NCBI GenBank assembly: GCA_963664945.1 | Contig: OY761822.1 | Coordinates: 1,135,987-1,199,986 of the forward strand | Length of the DNA stretch: 64,000 bases | Direction: 5' to 3' | Source: Gammaproteobacteria bacterium | GTDB taxonomy: Bacteria; Pseudomonadota; Gammaproteobacteria; Steroidobacterales; Rariloculaceae | In this document: positions 17,451-25,201 of the stretch, one piece after another | Numbering within the stretch: the first letter of the stretch is position 1 | How the letters are laid out: every line of letters begins with the position of its first letter | Program-made: the position numbers and the translations under genes | Notes under the pieces: generated by a model | The model's input: only the letters and a program-made list of their open reading frames with translations | Told to the model about the DNA's origin: nothing | The model's database searches: none

Positions 17451-19561
17451 CGAATCCCATCTGGACGCCATCGCCCGAGCGCGTCGCCGGAAGCAACATG
17501 CAGAGGTTCCTGCGGGCGCAGGCGCATCGGCTCGAGAAACCGGAATACGACGCCCTCTACCGGTGGAGCCTCGATCACAATTCCGAGTTCTGGGCCGCAT
17601 TCTGGGAATTCACCGGTATTCGCGCGATGACGCCCTACCGTAGCGTGCTGACCGACCCGGACCGCATGCCCGGCGCCCGCTGGTTCGAGGGCGCCCGGCT
17701 GAATTATGCGGACAATCTGCTGCGCCCGGAACATCGGGGGACCGCTCTGGTGTTCTACAGCGAGCGCGGCGACCGCATCGAGATGAGTTGGGACGAGTTG
17801 CGCCGCGATGTGGCAGTGCTGGCGCGTGCGCTCCGATCCACGGGCGTCGGCGAAGGGGACCGGGTCGCCGGGCTCCTGCCCAATCGACCCGAGGCAGTAG
17901 TGGCCATGCTGGCTTGCGCGAGTCTTGGCGCCGTATGGTCATCGTGTTCCCCGGATTTCGGCGCGGGCGCCGTACTCGACCGCTTCGGTCAGATCAGGCC
18001 CAGGGTGCTGTTCGCGACCGACGGTTACTTCTACAACGGCAAGACCATCGACTGCCGGCCCACGCTGGCTCGCGTCGCCGAACGGATCGACTCGCTGGAG
18101 GCGGTAATCGTCATCGGCTACGTCGAGCCTGAGCCGAACCTCTCCGCGGTACCGGGCGCCCGGCGGTACGGGGACATCCTGGCCGAGGGGTCGGGCGCGG
18201 AGGCATCAGGCGCCGAGGCATCCGGCGCGGAGGCGTCAGGCATGAGGGTAGCCGGAGCCGAAGCGTCAGGCATGAGGGTAGCCGGAGCCGAAGCGTCAGG
18301 CGACAGGGCAACCAGAGCCCACGCATCCGGCACCGAAGCATTCGGCACCGAGGCACCCGGCGCCAAGGTACCGGAATACAAGGCGTTGCCGTTCTCCCAG
18401 CCGCTCTACATCATGTATTCCTCCGGAACGACGGGCGTTCCCAAGTGCATCGTTCACGGCGCGGGCGGCACACTGATACAGCACCTCAAGGAACTCCAAC
18501 TCCACTGCGACATAAAGCCGGGCGATGCGGTGTTCTACTTCACGACTACCGGGTGGATGATGTGGAACTGGATGGTGTCCGCGCTTGCGCTCGGGGCGAC
18601 GCTGGTCCTGTTCGATGGCTCGCCCTTTCATCCGGACCCCGGGGTTCTGTGGCGGATAGCGGAGCGAGAGAACCTGGCAGTGTTCGGAACCAGCGCGAAG
18701 TACCTGAGCGCGCTGGAAAAATCGGGCTACCGGCCTGCGGAACACGTTCGGCTGGCCCGCCTGGCAAGCGTACTATCCACCGGTTCGCCCCTGGCGCCGT
18801 CCAGTTTCGACTTCGTCTACAAACACATCAAGGACGACCTCCAGTTATCATCGATTGCCGGCGGCACGGACATCATCGGCTGCTTCATCTCCGGCAATCC
18901 CATGCTGCCGGTCTACCGGGGCGAACTTCAGTGCAGCGCGCTGGGACTGGCTGTGGACGTGTTCGACGACGGTGGCAGGCCGGTACGCGGACAAAAGGGT
19001 GAACTGGTCTGCACTGCGCCCTTCCCGTCGATGCCGGTGTCGTTCTGGAACGATTCCGGCGACGCCATGTACCGCGCCGCCTATTTCGAGCGTTTTCCCG
19101 GCGTCTGGTGTCACGGCGACTACGTGGAAATGACCCCGAGCGGCGGCTTCGTCTTCCACGGCCGTTCGGATGCCATTCTCAATCCCGGCGGCGTACGCAT
19201 CGGCACTTCGGAAATCTACCGGATCGTAGAGAATTTCGAGGAGATCGCCGAAGCCATCGCGGTGGGCCAACAGTGGGAAGGGGATGTGCGCGTGGTGCTT
19301 TTCGTCAGGCTCCAGCCCGGCCATCGGCTGAACGACGACCTGGCGGAACGAATTCGGCTCGCAGTCAGGCGCGATGCCAGTCCGAGACACGTTCCGGCCA
19401 GGACTCTAGAAACTCCGGACATCCCCAGGACGCGAAGCGGCAAGATCGTCGAACTGGCGGTTCGGGACGTGATTCACGGGCGGGAGGCGGTCAATGCGGA
19501 TGCGCTTGCCAATCCCGAGGCGCTGGAATATTTCAGCAACCGCGCCGAACTGGCTTCCTGA
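17447..19561 (+). CDS. Acetoacetyl-CoA synthetase (acetoacetate-CoA ligase) carrying a ~55-aa tandem-repeat insertion
   Basis: MTNPIWTPSPERVAGSNMQRFLRAQ..YDALYRWSLDHNSEFWAAFWEFTGI.. and AMP-binding YIMYSSGTTGVPKCIVH. The 5' part of the track ORF 17228..19561 is out-of-gene read-through. Confidence 0.9.
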   Translation: MTNPIWTPSPERVAGSNMQRFLRAQAHRLEKPEYDALYRWSLDHNSEFWAAFWEFTGIRAMTPYRSVLTDPDRMPGARWFEGARLNYADNLLRPEHRGTALVFYSERGDRIEMSWDELRRDVAVLARALRSTGVGEGDRVAGLLPNRPEAVVAMLACASLGAVWSSCSPDFGAGAVLDRFGQIRPRVLFATDGYFYNGKTIDCRPTLARVAERIDSLEAVIVIGYVEPEPNLSAVPGARRYGDILAEGSGAEASGAEASGAEASGMRVAGAEASGMRVAGAEASGDRATRAHASGTEAFGTEAPGAKVPEYKALPFSQPLYIMYSSGTTGVPKCIVHGAGGTLIQHLKELQLHCDIKPGDAVFYFTTTGWMMWNWMVSALALGATLVLFDGSPFHPDPGVLWRIAERENLAVFGTSAKYLSALEKSGYRPAEHVRLARLASVLSTGSPLAPSSFDFVYKHIKDDLQLSSIAGGTDIIGCFISGNPMLPVYRGELQCSALGLAVDVFDDGGRPVRGQKGELVCTAPFPSMPVSFWNDSGDAMYRAAYFERFPGVWCHGDYVEMTPSGGFVFHGRSDAILNPGGVRIGTSEIYRIVENFEEIAEAIAVGQQWEGDVRVVLFVRLQPGHRLNDDLAERIRLAVRRDASPRHVPARTLETPDIPRTRSGKIVELAVRDVIHGREAVNADALANPEALEYFSNRAELAS
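18194..18358 (+). repeat. In-frame degenerate 15-nt / 30-nt tandem repeat inside the acetoacetyl-CoA synthetase gene
   Basis: ggcgcggaggcatca / ggcgccgaggcatcc / ggcgcggaggcgtca, then 2 x ggcatgagggtagccggagccgaagcgtca, then degenerate units. Encodes GAEAS GAEAS GAEAS GMRVAGAEAS GMRVAGAEAS GDRATRAHAS GTEAF GTEAP. Confidence 0.9.
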
Positions 19562-19623
19562 GCTGCGAGCGGGTCGCGAGGGTCAGGCTCGCCGACTCGC
19601 AGACCACCCCATCGTCGACCCGA

Positions 19624-19718
19624 AAAAAGATAACTAAACCGGCAAATTCCACCTTTTGTTTGCTTTTGTGTGATAAAAAGATAACTAAACCGCCGATTTG
19701 CGCGTATAGTTATCTTTT
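19624..19718 (+). promoter_or_regulatory. AT-rich iteron/operator-like region upstream of the AlbA_2 gene
   Basis: AAAAAGATAACTAAACCG at 19624..19641 and 19675..19692 (51-bp spacing), plus the inverted half-site AGTTATCTTTT at 19708..19718. SD ggaagggag sits before ATG 19746. Confidence 0.5.
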
Positions 19719-19745
19719 CTGCTGCGGTTCTGGAAGGGAGTCATC

Positions 19746-21497
19746 ATGGCATTCGGCGTTTCTGGAGCGGCACCGATCAACGCGCTCGTGGAGCAAGCGC
19801 TGCACCGATTGTCGCGAGGCGAACCGCCCGAAGGCATCGAGATGGAGCGGGTTGACTTCAAGGAGGAGCGGGGCCGGCGGGGTCCCGGAGGAACCGTTTC
19901 CCCTGGCGAGACGACCAACGAGCGTGCCGCCGACCACCTGGCGGCGGAAATGGCTTGCATGGCAAATACTCCGGGCGGCGGTGCGGTCATTGTAGGCGTC
20001 GCCGACGATGGCGACCGAATAGGTACGCGGCTCGACGCGGACTGGCTCCGCCATCGCATCTGGGAACTCACCTCGCATCAACTGACGATCGCGGTTGGCG
20101 AGGCACGACTTGACGAATGCCGCCTCTTGATCCTGACCTGCATCGAGGCGCTTGCGCCCGTCCGGTACGGCGGAAAGTTGCGGTGGCGGGTGGGTGCCAA
20201 CTGTGTCGAAGTCGATCCGGTCGTCTGGCAATCGCGGATGCTGGAGAGGATCGGTTTCGACTGGTCGGATCAGGCTTCCGGTCAGACCCTGGACGATGTG
20301 AGCCCGGGCGCCATCGAGGTCGCCCGACGTTACCTTCGGGAAGCGAACGGCGACGATTCCGACACCAGTCTGGCCAACGCCACCGACGCCGATCTTCTCC
20401 GGCGGCTGAATCTGGTCAAGGACTCGCGCGAACTCACCAACGCGGGGTCGCTGTTGTTCGTAGCGACTCCGTGGCCGGGGGTCGACTACATTCGCCGCGA
20501 CATGCCGGGGGGCGACAGCACCCTTCGCATCGAGGGTGCCGGACCGCTGCTCGTGCAAGTGCGCGAGGTCGAGCAGGCGAGCGAGGTGGCCAACCGTGTG
20601 ACGCACACGGCCGAGGGTTTTGCCCAAGGCAGGGTTCGGGCGATCCCTCCCAGGACGCTGCGCGAGGCCATCGTGAACGGTCTCGTCCACCGCGACTGGC
20701 TGGCGCCGCGGCCCACCGTCATCGAGCATGTCGGCGATACGCTGACCGTGACCTCGCCCGGCGGGTTCGTGGGCGGCGTAACGCCCGACAACATCATCAC
20801 CCATCCGGCGGTTCCCCGTTACCGAAACCTGTCCGAAGCCATGGCCGCCTTGGGTCTGGCCGAGCGCGAGGGGATCGGGGTCGACAGGATGGTGCGCGAC
20901 ATGCTCGCCATCGGGCGGCCCGCTCCGGTCATTGCCGAGGTTGACGGACCCTACGTGCGGGTCGCGCTGCTCGGCGGCGACCCCGATACCGCCGTCATCG
21001 ATCTGGTGGCTGCGCTAAACCCCGCATGGGCCAGCAATGTGGAGTCGCTTCTACTCATTGCACACATGACACGGCACGGTTGGGTGGACGCGGAGTCAGC
21101 GACTCCGCTTCTCCAGCGATCGTCGGTGGAAGAAGCCGAGCAGGCGATCCGCCGACTGGCAGATGCGCGCTTGGGCACCGATGATCCGGCCTCCGTGATC
21201 GCACGCGTGCAGGGGATTCCCCCTCACCTGCCCGATGCGTTTCGTCTATCCGACACGGTGCGGGGCCGGCTCGCCCACCGGGGCGCTTCGCCAAGCGTCC
21301 CCGAAAGCCGCGAAGCGCTCGTTCTGGAATGGTGCCGAGCCCGGGGACGTGTCTCCTCGACCGAGGTCGCCGACCTGACGGGGTTAAGCAAGGTCTACGC
21401 CGGCAAGCTCCTGACCAGGCTGGCCGCTGCCGGGCAACTCACGGCGGGGAGGCCTGTGCGCAGGGGCCGGGGATTCTTTTACGTTCTGGCTGAGTAG
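19746..21497 (+). CDS. AlbA_2 (Schlafen-like) + HATPase_c_4 + C-terminal wHTH protein (putative ATP-dependent DNA-binding regulator / defence-associated)
   Basis: EMERVDFKEERG.. and ..MANTPGGGAVIVGVADDGDRIG (AlbA_2 pattern). REAIVNGLVHRDW..THPAVPRYRNLSEAMAALGLAEREGIGVDRM (HATPase_c_4 pattern). C-terminal VSSTEVADLTGLSKVYAGKLLTRLAAAGQL (wHTH-like). Confidence 0.75.
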   Translation: MAFGVSGAAPINALVEQALHRLSRGEPPEGIEMERVDFKEERGRRGPGGTVSPGETTNERAADHLAAEMACMANTPGGGAVIVGVADDGDRIGTRLDADWLRHRIWELTSHQLTIAVGEARLDECRLLILTCIEALAPVRYGGKLRWRVGANCVEVDPVVWQSRMLERIGFDWSDQASGQTLDDVSPGAIEVARRYLREANGDDSDTSLANATDADLLRRLNLVKDSRELTNAGSLLFVATPWPGVDYIRRDMPGGDSTLRIEGAGPLLVQVREVEQASEVANRVTHTAEGFAQGRVRAIPPRTLREAIVNGLVHRDWLAPRPTVIEHVGDTLTVTSPGGFVGGVTPDNIITHPAVPRYRNLSEAMAALGLAEREGIGVDRMVRDMLAIGRPAPVIAEVDGPYVRVALLGGDPDTAVIDLVAALNPAWASNVESLLLIAHMTRHGWVDAESATPLLQRSSVEEAEQAIRRLADARLGTDDPASVIARVQGIPPHLPDAFRLSDTVRGRLAHRGASPSVPESREALVLEWCRARGRVSSTEVADLTGLSKVYAGKLLTRLAAAGQLTAGRPVRRGRGFFYVLAE

Positions 21498-21685
21498 GGG
21501 GAATGAGCGGGGTCGTCATGTGGTGGTGTGGTGGGAACGTGGATGCGCTTCGGGGAGGGCGGCTCGTGCCTCGTCCGACGATCTCGGGCGGTCCGAGGAC
21601 ACGAATTGCGGCGATATCGACTAAATTGATCATTTTGAGAACGAACTCCACGGGCTTCGAATTCAGACGACTATCACGCAAGACT

Positions 21686-23929
21686 TCACCGCTTGTTATC
21701 GGTGATTTCCCTTGCCAACGCTGGCAGTGAGGCGAGGTCAAGGCGACTATGTATTGTTTCCTCGCGGAGCAGATGTTCACCAAGGAAACGGTCGTATTTT
21801 TCCACGATCAGGTTCTGTCCACCCGATAAGACGCTTTCTGCATCCACAGACTTCGAACCGGCGATTTGTCGAAGCGCTGTTTCTACCGGTTCAACGTTTT
21901 CCTCATGGTCCACGTCAATAAATCCATCGAAAGCCGTCGTTCGATATCCTTTCGTCCGCAATGCCAGAGCGAGTGTCGATGTCTTCATCGTCCCCGCCCA
22001 GGTTGCGATCAGGCGACTTCGCTCACCGATTTCGCAGATTTGCCCTGTGTCCAATCGAAGCCTGCGGTACTGATGTCGCGCGTCGTCGAGTATCCGTACG
22101 GAGTTCTGGTCGAGATAAATCGGTACGTGCGCACCGGCCAATACCGCCCTCATCTTTTCCACGACCTTGTCATGGATCAAGCCCCCGCTTCCGCCGAAAC
22201 GAGGAGGTCGGCCCGTCCGATCGGCAACGACTTCAATCTCCTTCTCCTTGTCATGAATCGCCTTGATGCGCCAACGTCGTCCGGAAAATACGATCGTCAT
22301 CTTGGGCGCGAGCACCATGCTGACCGGAAGGGTTCCCAAAGTCTTGCGGTTGTGGGTGATTCTGAATTCTTCAGGTGTCTGAAACACCGCGTAGAAGCTG
22401 TAGTGCTCGACGATCCGCTCGCCCTGAGGTCCCAGCAGCAATACGCCGTCCGGCGCCTGTTCCACCAATGCCACGTCCCTCTCGCCAAGGCGTCTGAGCA
22501 GACGCGCGAAAAGCCCGGCATCGACGCGCTTGAACGGACCGCGCACACACAGCGTGACGAACAGTTGTTTGGCCCTCGCTCCGCCGTGCTCGGCTATGAC
22601 CGATAGAATCTGGTGTGTGAGCGTGGACAGGTGAAGCGCTTGCGGGGCCGGCGGCTCACACCACTTCTCGATCAGCAACTCCACCATTGCAATTGAACGC
22701 ACAAGTCTCAAGTGAAGCCGATCAATCGGATGACAATTGCCCCCGGGTTCATCCTCTATCGCATACATCCGCAGTACGGCCGCTTCGCCGCTGCGGCGCC
22801 CCGAGCGACCCAGACGTTGCCGGAGCGAGGCGACAGAGAACGGCGGTCCGACCTGCGCCACGCATTTGATCGCGCCGATGTCTATCCCAAGCTCAAGTGT
22901 CGATGTGCACACGGCCGTTGCGGCCGCACGCGTCTTCAGCCGCTTTTCCAGGTCTGTCCGGTGCATGCGGTCCAGATTGGCGTGATGTGGAAAGAACTCC
23001 ACCGGCACACGCGCCCGCTCCGACATGTCGCGCAGCGCGTCCGCGTACCATTCCACGTTCTGGCGAGATCCCGCGAAAACCAGGTTTCGGCTGCCGCGCA
23101 GCCTGTGGAACAGGTGCCGTGCCACGGCCCGTTGCGCCGCAAACGCCTCCTCGCCGGATTGCCCGTTCCTCGCCTGCTCCGGCTTCTTCATGTACCCGCG
23201 CAGCTGTACCCTGAGTTCCGGTCCTGTCGATTCGCTCTTCAGTAACTCCACTGTCTCGGATGCCTCCGGACGCAGGTACTTGCGAGCCAATTCCATCTCT
23301 CCCAAAGTCGCCGACAACCCGATTCGACGAATTCTGCGACCCACTGAAATTTCCAATCTCGTCAGGAGCGATCGCAGATGAATCCCCCGTTCGTTGTCGA
23401 GCAATGCGTGCAACTCGTCGACCACGACCGCGCGCGTGCTCTTGAACAGCCTGCAAATTTCAAGCCCGCGCAGCACGAAGAGCGCTTCGAGCGATTCGGG
23501 CGTTATCAGCAAGACACCACTCGGGGTCTCCCGCGCGCGTTTCTTGACCCCCCGGCCTATATCCCCGTGCCACGGATGGACCGCCAAGTCCATCTTGGCG
23601 CAAAGGTCTTCGAGACGCCCGAACTGGTCGTTGATCAACGCCCGCAACGGGCCGACATAGACGAGATCGAACCCCCCGTCACCCGGCTTGTCCAGCACCG
23701 AAGAAATCAACGGGAGGAACGCGGCTTCCGTCTTGCCTCCGGCGGTGGCCGCCGCGATGATCACGTCGACCTCTTCCTCCAGCAGCAACGGAATCGCCCG
23801 TTCCTGAATGTCGTGCAGGCTCTCCCAGCCCTTGTTCCAGATCCAGCGCCTGACGGGCGCCGCCAGCAAGTCAAACGATGTCGAGCGTTCAGAGCCTGAA
23901 GGATGCGAGTTCATCGTCCTCCACGTCAT
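21686..23929 (-). CDS. sngC: Lhr-like DEAD/DEAH-box helicase, Shango SngC / BREX BrxHI-like
   Basis: Motif I AATAGGKTEAAFLP, Ia VGPLRALINDQ, II VVVDELHAL, III GLSATLG. 747 aa; overlaps the upstream ATPase gene by 41 nt. Confidence 0.8.
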   Translation of the reverse strand: MTWRTMNSHPSGSERSTSFDLLAAPVRRWIWNKGWESLHDIQERAIPLLLEEEVDVIIAAATAGGKTEAAFLPLISSVLDKPGDGGFDLVYVGPLRALINDQFGRLEDLCAKMDLAVHPWHGDIGRGVKKRARETPSGVLLITPESLEALFVLRGLEICRLFKSTRAVVVDELHALLDNERGIHLRSLLTRLEISVGRRIRRIGLSATLGEMELARKYLRPEASETVELLKSESTGPELRVQLRGYMKKPEQARNGQSGEEAFAAQRAVARHLFHRLRGSRNLVFAGSRQNVEWYADALRDMSERARVPVEFFPHHANLDRMHRTDLEKRLKTRAAATAVCTSTLELGIDIGAIKCVAQVGPPFSVASLRQRLGRSGRRSGEAAVLRMYAIEDEPGGNCHPIDRLHLRLVRSIAMVELLIEKWCEPPAPQALHLSTLTHQILSVIAEHGGARAKQLFVTLCVRGPFKRVDAGLFARLLRRLGERDVALVEQAPDGVLLLGPQGERIVEHYSFYAVFQTPEEFRITHNRKTLGTLPVSMVLAPKMTIVFSGRRWRIKAIHDKEKEIEVVADRTGRPPRFGGSGGLIHDKVVEKMRAVLAGAHVPIYLDQNSVRILDDARHQYRRLRLDTGQICEIGERSRLIATWAGTMKTSTLALALRTKGYRTTAFDGFIDVDHEENVEPVETALRQIAGSKSVDAESVLSGGQNLIVEKYDRFLGEHLLREETIHSRLDLASLPALAREITDNKR

Positions 23930-25190
23930 CCCCGGAACCGCTCATGTCATCCCCGAAGTCCTTGCTTATTTCCACGCCGCCGATCAGACCGCGCCAGTCC
24001 GTGCCCGGGTTTTGCTCCAGCACCGAGAGCAGATTCACAAAAGCCGTCACCGTGGTCCGGGGCGTTTGGAAATAGGCGTTCCCGATTCGCTTTGAGCAGT
24101 GCGTCATGAACGCGGTCAACGCCTCGTCCGGGAAGGTGCTGTCGTCGCCAAAGACAACGCGCCGAATATTCGTGAGCAGAACGAACATGTCCTCCGGTGT
24201 CAGGCTCGCGAGCCTGACGACAGGTCCTGCAAGATCGACCAACCCGGCTCGAGCGAACGTGTTCTCCGCCAGCCGCGACTGCAACGCTTCGTAGCTGTAC
24301 AAGCCCCGACGGGTGTCCATCAGAAACTCGGGCGTCCCACCGAGCATGAACCCGAGATGCCTTGCCGTACCCTGCAGAACGTCGTTCAGGATGCGCAAGA
24401 TCTGCTCGTAGTTGGAATTTCGTGCCCGAGAGGAGGTCAACTTATACAGATTCACCAATTCGTCCAGTGAAACGACCAGTCCCCGATAGCCCGCTTTTCG
24501 AACAAACAGCGCGAGCAGCTTCAGATGGTCGTAGACATTGGCATCATGGATGATCGTTCGCACGCCGAGGGCCTTTCGGGCGTCCGTTCGGGTTGAAAAC
24601 TCCGCCCGGAGCCAGCGTATCGCGGCGGACTTCAGTGCCTCGTCACCGCGCTCGTAACCCTCCCAATAGCGCACGATCACGGTGGTGAAGTCGTACCCGC
24701 CGGTCAGCTCCTCAAGCTGTCCCAGGCTCTCGCGCATGACTGCATCCGGACTTCGGTCGGCCGCCTCCGCCTTGCGCAAGGACGCAGTGGCGAAGCGTTC
24801 GACAATCGATGTCATCGCTCCCCCATCGGGTTTGGTCCGAGTGGAAGCGTTGCGGGCCATTTCCGCATAAAGTGAACGCGCTTGCCCTCCCGTCGCATGA
24901 AGGCGGCGGTCCGGCGCCATATCCGCCGAGAGCACGACCATGCCCTTTTCCATCGCGATCAAGCGAGTCAGGTTGAGAAAAAACGTCTTTCCCGACCCGT
25001 ATTCGCCGATGATGAATCGAATCGCGGCGCCACCTTCATCGATCCGTTCGATGTCCCGCAGCATTTCCTGTACTTCGCGAGACCGCCCGACCTGGATGTG
25101 CTGCAGCCCAAGCTTGGGCACTACACCTGCGCGCAGCGCCTGTATGATCGAATCCCGGTCGCGTCGCTTCAGCCTTCCTCTTGCCTGCAT
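23889..25190 (-). CDS. sngB: DUF2791-family P-loop ATPase, Shango SngB / BREX BrxD-like
   Basis: IIQALRAGVVPKLGLQHIQVGRSREVQEMLRDIERI..FIIGEYGSGKTFFLNL (Walker A). 433 aa; SD aaggaag lies before the ATG, 11 nt after the sngA stop. Confidence 0.8.
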   Translation of the reverse strand: MQARGRLKRRDRDSIIQALRAGVVPKLGLQHIQVGRSREVQEMLRDIERIDEGGAAIRFIIGEYGSGKTFFLNLTRLIAMEKGMVVLSADMAPDRRLHATGGQARSLYAEMARNASTRTKPDGGAMTSIVERFATASLRKAEAADRSPDAVMRESLGQLEELTGGYDFTTVIVRYWEGYERGDEALKSAAIRWLRAEFSTRTDARKALGVRTIIHDANVYDHLKLLALFVRKAGYRGLVVSLDELVNLYKLTSSRARNSNYEQILRILNDVLQGTARHLGFMLGGTPEFLMDTRRGLYSYEALQSRLAENTFARAGLVDLAGPVVRLASLTPEDMFVLLTNIRRVVFGDDSTFPDEALTAFMTHCSKRIGNAYFQTPRTTVTAFVNLLSVLEQNPGTDWRGLIGGVEISKDFGDDMSGSGDDVEDDELASFRL

Positions 25191-25201
25191 GCTGAACTTC
25201 C

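Noticed and set aside
16563-18358. Tandem repeats as possible CRISPR arrays
   Set aside because: Units are 12-30 bp and directly abutting, with no unique spacers. One tract is in-frame coding sequence. No cas genes are present in the window.
19619-19626. Possible third copy of the gpmA-type att core at the left edge of the island (CCCGAAAA versus CCCGAACAATACC)
   Set aside because: Only a 6-nt exact match, which is indistinguishable from chance.
21651-21666. tRNA T-arm-like string cgggcttcgaattcag near the Shango 3' end (possible tRNA-derived att site)
   Set aside because: Does not match GGTTCGAATCC. There is no acceptor stem or CCA context and no cloverleaf can be drawn.
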